Part shown: piece after piece, positions 8,998 through 17,602 of the stretch
Layout: each line of letters opens with the position of its first letter
Numbering within the stretch: position 1 is the first letter of the stretch
NCBI GenBank assembly: GCA_964395875.1
Contig: CAYNCS010000002.1
Location: 1 to 53,317 of the forward strand
Source: an uncultured Caulobacteraceae bacterium
Lineage (GTDB): Bacteria > Pseudomonadota > Alphaproteobacteria > Caulobacterales > Aquidulcibacteraceae
Direction: 5' to 3'
DNA: 53,317 nt
Notes under the pieces: generated by a model
What the model was told of the DNA's origin: nothing
The model's input: only the letters and a program-made list of their open reading frames with translations
The model's database searches: none
Program-made: the position numbers and the translations under genes

Positions 8998-9576
8998 ATG
9001 TCACTGCGCGGACTTTTCTTCCTTTTTGCGGGCTTGCTCTTTGCGGCCTGCGCTTCAGGCGATCCCTCCGGACGGGTTGAACACGGCACGACGAAGCAGC
9101 TGCAAAGCGCTTCTCTTGAGGATTACAAGCTCGGTCCTGGCGATCGTCTTCGCATCGTCATTTATGACGAGCCGACCCTCTCCAACGAATATGTTGTGAG
9201 TCCAAAAGGCAAAATCGCGTTTCCGCTCGTGGGCGACGTCCAGGCGGAAGGAATGACGATCACGGATTTCTCGCGCGCGCTGGAAACCACGCTGAAGCAG
9301 GGCTTTCTCAAAAATCCTCAGGCCAGCGCCGAAGTGCTGATGTACCGGCCTTTTTATATTCTCGGTCAGGTTCAACGGCCTGGAACCTATCCTTTTGCCG
9401 CGGGCATGACCGTGATGAGCGCGGCCGCAACGGCCGGGGGTTTCACGTATCGTGCGGAGACGCATCGTGTTTTCATCAAGCACGTCGGTCAGGACGCGGA
9501 AGTGGCGTATGATCTGACCAGTCAGACCCCGGTGCAGCCGGGCGACACGGTGAGGATTGGAGAGCGGATTTTCTAG
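8998..9576 (+). CDS. Polysaccharide export outer-membrane lipoprotein (Wza/ExoF/GumB family, short form)
   Basis: Lipoprotein signal MSLRGLFFLFAGLLFAAC. Poly_export-type core YKLGPGDRLRIVIYDEP...FPLVGDVQAEGMT and an SLBB-like C-terminus. Confidence 0.85.
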   Translation: MSLRGLFFLFAGLLFAACASGDPSGRVEHGTTKQLQSASLEDYKLGPGDRLRIVIYDEPTLSNEYVVSPKGKIAFPLVGDVQAEGMTITDFSRALETTLKQGFLKNPQASAEVLMYRPFYILGQVQRPGTYPFAAGMTVMSAAATAGGFTYRAETHRVFIKHVGQDAEVAYDLTSQTPVQPGDTVRIGERIF

Positions 9577-9618
9577 GCGCTGCGTACCGTCGCGGTGGAG
9601 GGGAGCGGACAGCGCCAG

Positions 9619-11208
9619 ATGCAAACGAAGGCATCCTTACCGGAATACCCTCTCCGCGTGCGCGCCTCGGCCCCGCGCGAACCGCTCTTTCGCCTTGTGC
9701 TGCCGTTTCTCAACCGGCGCCGGTGGACCATCATCGTTGCATGGTTATTGTCCGCTTTGGTCATCGACGGCCTGCTGCACCTGCCAAAAACAGGATTCGC
9801 TGCGACCTCCAGCATTCTGTTGTCGCCGCCAGACTCTGACCCGGCCGCGGTTGCGCCTCCCGCCGTCGACGAAGGCGTGATCTGGAACGAAACGCGCGCC
9901 CTGCGCTCCGGAGTCCTGATCGGCGAGGCGGTCGATCGGCTGGATTTGGTGCACGACCGCAACTGGAATTACGGCTCGGCGTCGTTGCCGCCTGCGTTGG
10001 ATGGTCTGGCGCCCCGGCTGCAATCGCTGGGAGTGCAGCTGAAGCCGAATACGCCGTTGCGCGCACGTGCGGCGATTATCGAAAGATTGCGGCATGGCGT
10101 GCGGATCCGGCGCGTGAACGCAAGCCTCATCGTTGAGTTGAGCGTTACAACCCCTGTCCCTTCGGATTCCGTAGTGATCGCTAACACGCTTTCCGATTTG
10201 TATGTCGAGGATCGGCTGAAGGCGCAGCTTGCTGGCGTTTCGCAGACCGGTGCAGCCGGGCGACCCGCGTTCAGCGCGCGCGTCGTTGATCGCGCAGTCG
10301 AGGCCGAAAAGGCGGACAGTCCTCTTGGAAACCTGGCGCTCTGGAGTGCGGTGATCGGCCTGGTTGTGGGGGTCGGTTGCGCAGCGCTGATCGATTACTT
10401 GGATCGCGGGATCGGCGGCGCCGCGCGCGCGATGAGAAAAACCGGGCGTCCTGTGATTGGTTCCGTGCCGCTTCTGCGTGGACGCGACATTGCAGACTTG
10501 CCGCGCCACAAGGTTGCAGACGCTGTCATCGTCAACCCGATGTCGGCCTACGCCGAATCCCTCCGAAATCTGCGCACGTCGCTGCTTTACGCAGATCAAG
10601 GCGACCAACCCAGGCTGATCTGCATCACCGCCGCGCGGCATGGCGAAGGCAAGACAACGACCGCGCTGGCCCTGGCCCGCGTCGCGGCTTTGGCGGGACA
10701 ACGCACCCTGATCGTCGATTGCGATCTCCGGCGGCACGCTCTGAGCCGTATGCTCGGCTTGTCGCCGCAAAAGGGCATTTTCGAAGCGGCGAGCGGCGAA
10801 GTTGGCTGGCGCGACGCAGTGGTCCGGGACGCACAGTCGGGCGCGGATCTGATGCTGATGTCCGAATCCTATTATCGGCCGCGCGACTTTTTCGGCTCGC
10901 CGGCGATGGAGCGGCTCTTTTCGGAGTTTCGGAAGGCGTATGATCTGGTGATCCTGTCGGCGCCGCCAGCGCTCGCCGTCGCCGACGCGCGGACCATTTC
11001 GCGGCTCGCGGATCGGACCATTTTGGTGGCCCACTGGACGCGGACGCCCGCTACGATGATCAAAGCCGCCATCCGTCTGTTGGAGACCACGGGATCGGAC
11101 GTCTGCGGCCTCGTGTTGACGTTCGTAGACTCGCGCGCACGCGGACGCCTCACCGAAACCGATACGGCCTATCAGGCGAAGTTCGCAACACGCTATTACA
11201 AGTCGTAA
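9619..11208 (+). CDS. Polysaccharide co-polymerase / BY-kinase-like protein, short paralogue with atypical Walker B
   Basis: Two TM segments bracket a short periplasmic region. C-terminal P-loop domain has Walker A GEGKTT and Walker A' LIVDCDLRR, but Walker B reads LVILSAPP (Ser where Asp is expected). ATG 9619 is preceded by GGAGGGGAG; the ORF-track start at 9595 is GTG. Confidence 0.8.
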   Translation: MQTKASLPEYPLRVRASAPREPLFRLVLPFLNRRRWTIIVAWLLSALVIDGLLHLPKTGFAATSSILLSPPDSDPAAVAPPAVDEGVIWNETRALRSGVLIGEAVDRLDLVHDRNWNYGSASLPPALDGLAPRLQSLGVQLKPNTPLRARAAIIERLRHGVRIRRVNASLIVELSVTTPVPSDSVVIANTLSDLYVEDRLKAQLAGVSQTGAAGRPAFSARVVDRAVEAEKADSPLGNLALWSAVIGLVVGVGCAALIDYLDRGIGGAARAMRKTGRPVIGSVPLLRGRDIADLPRHKVADAVIVNPMSAYAESLRNLRTSLLYADQGDQPRLICITAARHGEGKTTTALALARVAALAGQRTLIVDCDLRRHALSRMLGLSPQKGIFEAASGEVGWRDAVVRDAQSGADLMLMSESYYRPRDFFGSPAMERLFSEFRKAYDLVILSAPPALAVADARTISRLADRTILVAHWTRTPATMIKAAIRLLETTGSDVCGLVLTFVDSRARGRLTETDTAYQAKFATRYYKS

Positions 11209-11214
11209 AGACGC

Positions 11215-12846
11215 TCAGAGAGCCGTCACAGCGCTTTGAGCGGGCGCTGACGCTGCTTGCTCCACCGCCGCAGTCCGCTCCATCTTGGCGCGCAGGCGCG
11301 CCGCTTTGTATCTGCCCAAAGCGAGCCCCGACATAATGCCGAACAGAATTCCGGGGTCGGGACCAGCAGAAGACGCCAGCAGGGGCGTCAACATCAGCAA
11401 TGCGGTCATGGCCGTGGCGCTGGTGAATCGCTCTACGCCTCCCGACCGGCTGCGCCACAGGATCCACAGCATCTGAATCACTTGCATGGAAAAAAAGATG
11501 CAACCGCCGACGCCCAGCGATCCCAGGATGGCCTGAAACAGGCCAGAGGACCGGAAGCTGCCTGGGCCGACGCCGAGTCCATGGGACACGTTAAATGCGA
11601 GGAACCCTTGCGCCGCCCATTGCCCGCGTTCGATGGCGGAACTGCTCGACGCCTTGCCCACCGTCATGCGTTGCGCCAGATCCGCGAAGGTGCTGCTGAA
11701 GGACGGCATCAGGAAGGCGAGCGCGGTCAACGCCGCGGCCCCGAAAAGAATGGCGCCCGCGAATTGCAGAAATTTGCGAAGGCGGACGCGTGGTCGCATC
11801 GGGACAAGGACGATTCCCGCCATCAAAACCAGAGAAAGCAACGCCAGCATCGCGAACGCCGTGGTGGAGGTCGACAGCGCCATCGCGACCGCCAGCGCAG
11901 CCGCCAAAGGTCCCGCTGGCGCGCCTTTCACGTCGAACAACCAAAGCAGTGAGAAATACGCCAGGGGCACGGCGCCGAACGTCGCAAAGCTTGAAGGTTC
12001 GGTGAAGGAGCCGGAGATGCGGCGAATGCCCATCTCTGATTGTGCGACCATCGCGTAGGATGCAGTCCGCGCCCAATCCATCAAATTGCCCGCGCCGCTG
12101 TAGAAGCCGATCAGATCCACCAGGGCGAACGTGAGAAAGGCGAGGCTCGCCAGCACCCAGCCGAGAGTTATCGCGGCTTCGGCTTTCGGCATACGCGCCG
12201 CAGTGTACGCCGAAATTGCCGCAAGCGCTGACAGACAAATGTAAGTCGATTGGGTGATGTTTTGGGACGTGAACGTCAGCGGCACGCGAAAAGGCATTGG
12301 CCGCATGGAAATAATGCTGATTGTGCCCTCGAAGAGACGCGGAAGGAAAACCGCGGCGATGACGCCATAGATCGCGAAAAGCACCAGCCAGATGTTCGCG
12401 AAAGCCGCTTCGCCCAGAAGCGGCGCGTTTTTGAACGCGACGAGCATCATCCGGAGAATGACAAACAGAACAAAGAAATAGGGCACAGCGAGCGACGCGC
12501 CGCCTAGCATCGGCAGCGCTACCGCTTCGGCGGAACCGAACACCGCGCAAACCAGCAAAACAAAAAGAAAGTCGCGAATGGGTCGCTTAAACACCAATAA
12601 GGTGAGCCCAATCGCCGCCGCCACAACGCCAAATAGAGTCAAAACCATCACAAGGCCCGCGCGCGCGTCTGATGTACAATGCTTATCTCGGAGCGCGGTA
12701 TGGCGCCAGATGAGGCCTCCTATTAGGTCGGTTCGGCGCAAGCGCGCGCCACCGATCGCGCTGCCGTCGGCGGCGGCGCCTTGGATTCTCGCAAGAGGCG
12801 AGCGCGTCCGATAAAAGCTTGCGCACCATTGCGAGGGACGACGCAA
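11215..12846 (-). CDS. Wzy-like polysaccharide polymerase / O-antigen-ligase-like polytopic membrane protein
   Basis: Highly hydrophobic multi-TM ORF lying between the two co-polymerase genes. Start uncertain: an internal ATG at 12648 just precedes the first TM segment. Confidence 0.65.
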   Translation of the reverse strand: MRRPSQWCASFYRTRSPLARIQGAAADGSAIGGARLRRTDLIGGLIWRHTALRDKHCTSDARAGLVMVLTLFGVVAAAIGLTLLVFKRPIRDFLFVLLVCAVFGSAEAVALPMLGGASLAVPYFFVLFVILRMMLVAFKNAPLLGEAAFANIWLVLFAIYGVIAAVFLPRLFEGTISIISMRPMPFRVPLTFTSQNITQSTYICLSALAAISAYTAARMPKAEAAITLGWVLASLAFLTFALVDLIGFYSGAGNLMDWARTASYAMVAQSEMGIRRISGSFTEPSSFATFGAVPLAYFSLLWLFDVKGAPAGPLAAALAVAMALSTSTTAFAMLALLSLVLMAGIVLVPMRPRVRLRKFLQFAGAILFGAAALTALAFLMPSFSSTFADLAQRMTVGKASSSSAIERGQWAAQGFLAFNVSHGLGVGPGSFRSSGLFQAILGSLGVGGCIFFSMQVIQMLWILWRSRSGGVERFTSATAMTALLMLTPLLASSAGPDPGILFGIMSGLALGRYKAARLRAKMERTAAVEQAASAPAQSAVTAL

Positions 12847-12971
12847 CCGCAGAGAAGACTTCGCTCAATCTGTGCACGGGCTGGCTAAGACGATATTATT
12901 TGCGATGGTTGTTTTGGCGCGACAAATTTCATTGTATCTAAAGATCGATCTGTGCCCGGAGGGCTGATGGC

Positions 12972-15413
12972 ATGGCAATGCACCAAATCCAACCCGAAAG
13001 CCCTCGAAGCCCGAAAAACGTAGCCGTCACCAACGCTGCGCGCACGCGCGCGCCGGAAGTCGAGGATGACGGAGGCGGTCTGGACGTCCGTGCGCTGCTC
13101 CGGTTTTTTCAGCGCCGGCAATGGATCATCCTGAGCGTCGGGTTTCTGGTGGCGGCGCTGTTCGCCGGCGTCACAATGTTGCAACCGAAAAAATATACGG
13201 CGACGGCCCTCGTTCTGATCTCGCCGCAACATGGCGACATCGCGCGGGCGGATCAGGCTGGCGCACCCGAGCAGAACCTTGATGCGGGCGCCATTGAATC
13301 CCAGATCGAGCTGCTCAAGACGCGCAAGCTGATGGGTCAGCTCGCCGATCGCCTGCAACTCGCCAAGAGTCCGGAATGGAATCCGTCTTTGGGGAAGAAG
13401 GGCCCCGTCGCGCTGCTGAAGTCCATCATCTGGCCAAACGATCAGAGCCGCACAGACGCGGGCGCTGCGCGGCAATTGCGCGAAGGCATTATCGACCGCA
13501 TCGCCGCATCAACGGATGCGCGGCGCAGGGGCCTTACATATGTGGTTGAGATCTCCGTCACCACGCTGACGGCGCAACAATCAGCGCGCATGGCGAACGA
13601 ATTGGTGGCGCTGTATTTCCAGGAGCAGGTGCGGGCCCGTTATGAAGCCAGTCAGAAAGCCAACTCCTGGCTGAGCGGTCGCTTGACCAGCCTGAAGTCT
13701 GAAGTGCAGCAAAAAGAAGCCGCGGTGGAGGCGTACCGCGCCCAGAGCGGGCTTTTGACGGCGCAAGGCGAGTCTCTCACGGAACAACAGATTACCGGTA
13801 TGCAGGGATCGGTCCTTCAGGCGCGCACTGAAGTTGCGGAGCGCGAGGCGCGCTATCAGCAGGTTCAGCAGATCATTCGCAGCGGCGGCTCTGCGGACTC
13901 GATCGCCGCCGTGATCAATTCGGAGACCATTCGTCTCCTGCGGGCGCAGGAAGCGGATGCGGCGCGCCGTCAGGCGGATCTGGAATCGCGTTATGGCGAC
14001 CTGCACCCCGCTATCGCCAACGCCCGTCAGGAACGCGCGGGCATCCAGACCCAGATCAAGGCGGAGGTCGAGCGTATCGCCGCCAATCTTAAGAATGAGG
14101 TGGAAGTCGCCCGCGCGCGTCTCGCCACGCTTGAAAACAACCAGTCGTCGATGCAGGGGCAATTGGTCGCCAACAATTCGGGCATGGTGCGGTTGCGCGA
14201 ACTGGAGCGTGACGCCGGTGCGACTCGCGCCATCTACGAAGCTTTCCTGCGCCGCTATCAGGAGATCTCGGAATCCGTCTCCATGGAGGTCACGGACGCG
14301 CAGCTCGTCAGTCCGGCGGCGGTGCCGAACGGCCACAGCTCGCCCAAACTGAGCCTTGCATTGATGCTGGGGCTGGTTCTGGGCGCGGTGATGGGCGTTG
14401 GATCCGGCCTGATCGTTGAATTCATGGACGAAGGCTTGGATGACGTGAAATCCGTCGAAGCCGAAACTGGAAAGCGCGTTTTGGCGGCGATCCCGATGGT
14501 CAAAAGCCAGGAGGTGAACAAGCACGCTTTCGAAGACTTCCGAAGCTTGGCCGAAAGCGCCGTAAAGGTCAGCAGCTTCGGCGACCTGACGACTTTCGCG
14601 AACCGCAGCAGCGGCCTTCTGGAGAAGCGGCTCGGACGGGCGCTAGCGTGGAGCAAGAGGACTACCGACGATGCTCCGGCGTCGGAAGCCACGCCCGAGC
14701 CTGTCGAAGATTGGAGCCCTGCACGTTATCTGGTGGACAAACCAATGTCCGCCTTCGCCGAAGGATTCCGCTCGCTGCGCACGTCGCTCTTGTATTCAGG
14801 CGGCGTCATGCACGCCAAAACGATCGCCGTTGCGTCCGCGATGCCGGGCGAGGGAAAAACCACGACGTCCATATGCCTGGCGCGCGTCTCCGGACTTTCG
14901 GGGCAGCGCGTCATCGCGGTGGACTGCGACTTGCGCCGCCGCTCGCTCAGCACCTTGGTGGATTCTCATCCCGAGAAAGGTTTGCTCCAGGTTTTGAGGG
15001 GCGAGGTCGGCTGGAGAAACGTCATCACCCGGGACGCTGTGTCCAGCGTGGACATTCTGCCGGCCGCCGAAGGCAGCTTCACGCCGTGGGACGTTTTCGG
15101 GTCGCCGGCGATGCAACAATTGCTGGACGAATTGGCGGATGAGTACGATCTGGTGCTTCTCGACTGCCCGCCTGTTCTCGCCGTCGCGGAATCGCGGATT
15201 ATCTGCAGCCTTGTGCAGCAAACGGTGTTGGTGGTGCGCTGGGCCAGCACGCCGGCCCGCGCCGCTTTCAGCGCCATCGAACAGATTGAACAGTGCGGCG
15301 GGCTGGTTGGAGGAATTGCGCTGAATTGCGTGGACGCGGGTGCGCCGGGGCGCGGCGCCTATGGCGACGTCACGTATCAATCCCGCTACGCCGGACATTA
15401 TTATCAGGGATAG
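12972..15413 (+). CDS. ExoP/Wzc-like polysaccharide co-polymerase with tyrosine autokinase domain (long paralogue)
   Basis: 813 aa. Wzz-type N-terminus, a long coiled-coil periplasmic region and a second TM. Walker A GEGKTT, A' IAVDCDLRR, B LVLLDCPP. Tyr-containing C-terminus AYGDVTYQSRYAGHYYQG. Confidence 0.85.
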   Translation: MAMHQIQPESPRSPKNVAVTNAARTRAPEVEDDGGGLDVRALLRFFQRRQWIILSVGFLVAALFAGVTMLQPKKYTATALVLISPQHGDIARADQAGAPEQNLDAGAIESQIELLKTRKLMGQLADRLQLAKSPEWNPSLGKKGPVALLKSIIWPNDQSRTDAGAARQLREGIIDRIAASTDARRRGLTYVVEISVTTLTAQQSARMANELVALYFQEQVRARYEASQKANSWLSGRLTSLKSEVQQKEAAVEAYRAQSGLLTAQGESLTEQQITGMQGSVLQARTEVAEREARYQQVQQIIRSGGSADSIAAVINSETIRLLRAQEADAARRQADLESRYGDLHPAIANARQERAGIQTQIKAEVERIAANLKNEVEVARARLATLENNQSSMQGQLVANNSGMVRLRELERDAGATRAIYEAFLRRYQEISESVSMEVTDAQLVSPAAVPNGHSSPKLSLALMLGLVLGAVMGVGSGLIVEFMDEGLDDVKSVEAETGKRVLAAIPMVKSQEVNKHAFEDFRSLAESAVKVSSFGDLTTFANRSSGLLEKRLGRALAWSKRTTDDAPASEATPEPVEDWSPARYLVDKPMSAFAEGFRSLRTSLLYSGGVMHAKTIAVASAMPGEGKTTTSICLARVSGLSGQRVIAVDCDLRRRSLSTLVDSHPEKGLLQVLRGEVGWRNVITRDAVSSVDILPAAEGSFTPWDVFGSPAMQQLLDELADEYDLVLLDCPPVLAVAESRIICSLVQQTVLVVRWASTPARAAFSAIEQIEQCGGLVGGIALNCVDAGAPGRGAYGDVTYQSRYAGHYYQG

Positions 15414-15444
15414 CCCGCGCGTTGTGATGATCGCGTGGTTCGAT

Positions 15445-15470
15445 TGCGCCGTCGCGGCGCAGGCTGTTTT
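15445..15470 (+). terminator. Possible intrinsic terminator after the exoP-like gene
   Basis: 7-bp GC stem tgcgccg/cggcgca with a 3-nt loop, followed 5 nt later by TTTT. The short loop and short T-run make this weak. Confidence 0.3.
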
Positions 15471-15788
15471 GTCGCGCCAATCAAACGTGATCCGACAGCA
15501 CAAGGATTAATTCAGAGTCTCGATTCTGTTGATCCAAGCTTAGCCAGATGATATCCGTAACAAATGTGGGAAAGGCGGAATACGTAGCCTGTTTTGAGCT
15601 ACGAGAATAATCCGCCACCGAACGGGTTGAGGACGACGTCGCGAACAAAATGTCAGCGGCGGCAACGGCATCCGCGCTGTTTGGATTTTCTGCAATCGTA
15701 CTGCTTTTTCGAAGCCTGAGTGGGCTTCGTATCGTAGCTGTATCGGGAAGCGCGGCGACGCACGCGTTTGAAAGATGGTGGGGCCGCA

Positions 15789-16055
15789 ATGAAAACAGAC
15801 GTCGAGAACGGCGTACGCGCGAAGATCAAGTCTTATATCGTCGAGAACCTTCTTCTGGGTGACGAATCGGGCTTCGATGATGACGTGTCCATGATCAGTG
15901 CGGGGATTTTGGATTCCACCGCGGCGATCGAATTGGTCGCCTTCATCGATGAGGCGTTTGGCGTTCAACTCGCGGACGAGGAAATCAGTCCGGAAAACCT
16001 GGACTCCATTTCCCGCATTGTAGCTTTGGTCGAGCGTAAAACCGGCGAAGCCTGA
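15789..16055 (+). CDS. Acyl/peptidyl carrier protein
   Basis: 88 aa from ATG 15789 (the ORF-track start at 15768 is TTG). Phosphopantetheine attachment motif GILDSTAAIELV. Its stop lies 2 nt before the ligase gene. Confidence 0.8.
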   Translation: MKTDVENGVRAKIKSYIVENLLLGDESGFDDDVSMISAGILDSTAAIELVAFIDEAFGVQLADEEISPENLDSISRIVALVERKTGEA

Positions 16056-16057
16056 CC

Positions 16058-17602
16058 GTGTTGGCGCGTGACCTGATACAAAGCGCAGCCCGCTTTTGGC
16101 CGGGCGCCGCGGCGATCAGCGCAAGGGGCCGCACGCTCTGCTTTGCCGAAATCGACGCCTTGAGCGATCAGGCGGCGGCGCTATTGCGCGCGGCCGGGAT
16201 CGGGCGCGGCGATCGCGTGGCGGCGCAGCTGGAAAACGGCGCGGAGTTCGTCATTGCTTTATGGGCTGCGTGGAAAGCGGGCGCGGTTTTCGTACCCTTG
16301 AACTATGCGGCGAAGCCGGCCTCGACCGCGCAAGTTCTCAAGGATTCCGGCGCCGCGATCTTGCTCGCCGCAAAAGCGCAGGCGGCGCGCAGCGCGGATG
16401 CGCTCAGCCGCCTGGACTCTCAGCCGCTATTGGTCGAGTTCGACGCCGCCGCGCCGCTGGAATCCTTGCTCGTTCAGCTTGGCGCGGCGTCGCAAGGCGA
16501 CCGGGCGATTCCGGATCGGCGCGAGCCGATCGACGAAGATCTTGCGCTCCTGATCTACACGTCGGGTTCGACGGGCGAGCCCAAAGGCGTGATGCTCACC
16601 CACCGCAATGTGGTGAACAACGCGACGGTCATCGGCGAGTATCTGGGATCGCGCAGCGACGACGTGATCCTCTGCGTGTTGCCCCTGGCGTTCGGCTACG
16701 GCCTGTTCCAGGTGCTGACGGCTGCGGCGACCGGCGCGCATGTGGTGCTGGAGCAATCCTTCGCATTCCCGGCGGAGCTGTTGAAACGCATCGCCGCTTA
16801 CAAGGTGACGGCGCTGCCTGGCGTGCCATCGCTCTTCGCCCGTTTGCTGGATCTGAAAACGACGGCCGCCGCCGATCTCTCCAGTTTGCGCTACCTCACC
16901 AATGCGGCCGCGCCCTTGTCGCCGGCGCATGTGCGCGGGCTGCAGGATCTGGCGCCGAATGCGCGCTTTTTTTCCATGTATGGTCTGACCGAATGTACGC
17001 GTGCGGCGTACATGCCGCCGGAGCGTCTCGCGCTGAAGCCCGGCAGCGTCGGCGGCGCCATCCCGAATTCCGAGGCGTTCGTCGCGGACGAACACGGACG
17101 CAAATTGCCCGCGGGTGAGGTCGGCGAACTCGTTGTGCGCGGCGCCAATGTGATGCGCGGCTATTGGAACAAGCCCGAAGCGACGGCGAAGGCGATCCAG
17201 ACCGATCCGCTGACCAATGACCGTCTGCTGCGGACGGGCGATCTTTTTTACGCGGACGAAGAGGGCGATCTGTTCTTCGTCGGCCGCGTTGACGACATGT
17301 TCAAGTGCCGCGGAGAGCGCGTTGCGCCGCGACTGGTTGAGGACGCGCTGCACGAAATTCCCGGGGTTCAGCAGGCCGCCGTCATCGGCGTCGACGATGC
17401 GGCGGACGGCAAAGCGGTGAAAGCGTTCGTGGTGCTTAGTCCCGGCGCCGAAATCGACGCGGCGAGCCTCCGCAAAGCTTGTCAGCGGAGCCTGGAATCC
17501 TGGCTCGTCCCGAAATTCATCGAGATCTGCGCCGAGCTGCCGCAGACCGATAGCGGCAAGGTTACGCGCGCAAAATTGCGTGAAGCGGAGCGGGCGCACT
17601 GA
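16058..17602 (+). CDS. AMP-forming acyl-CoA/ACP ligase (adenylate-forming enzyme superfamily)
   Basis: AMP-binding motifs LIYTSGSTGEPKGV, YGLTE, TGDL..DEEGDLFFVGRVDDMFK, and a terminal lysine region DSGKVTRAKL. Confidence 0.9.
   Translation: MLARDLIQSAARFWPGAAAISARGRTLCFAEIDALSDQAAALLRAAGIGRGDRVAAQLENGAEFVIALWAAWKAGAVFVPLNYAAKPASTAQVLKDSGAAILLAAKAQAARSADALSRLDSQPLLVEFDAAAPLESLLVQLGAASQGDRAIPDRREPIDEDLALLIYTSGSTGEPKGVMLTHRNVVNNATVIGEYLGSRSDDVILCVLPLAFGYGLFQVLTAAATGAHVVLEQSFAFPAELLKRIAAYKVTALPGVPSLFARLLDLKTTAAADLSSLRYLTNAAAPLSPAHVRGLQDLAPNARFFSMYGLTECTRAAYMPPERLALKPGSVGGAIPNSEAFVADEHGRKLPAGEVGELVVRGANVMRGYWNKPEATAKAIQTDPLTNDRLLRTGDLFYADEEGDLFFVGRVDDMFKCRGERVAPRLVEDALHEIPGVQQAAVIGVDDAADGKAVKAFVVLSPGAEIDAASLRKACQRSLESWLVPKFIEICAELPQTDSGKVTRAKLREAERAH

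Noticed and set aside
9745-11034. 429-aa minus-strand ORF inside the short exoP-like gene
   Set aside because: Arg/His/Gln-rich low-complexity translation with no motifs. The plus-strand frame carries clear Walker motifs. This is a typical antisense shadow ORF of GC-rich DNA.
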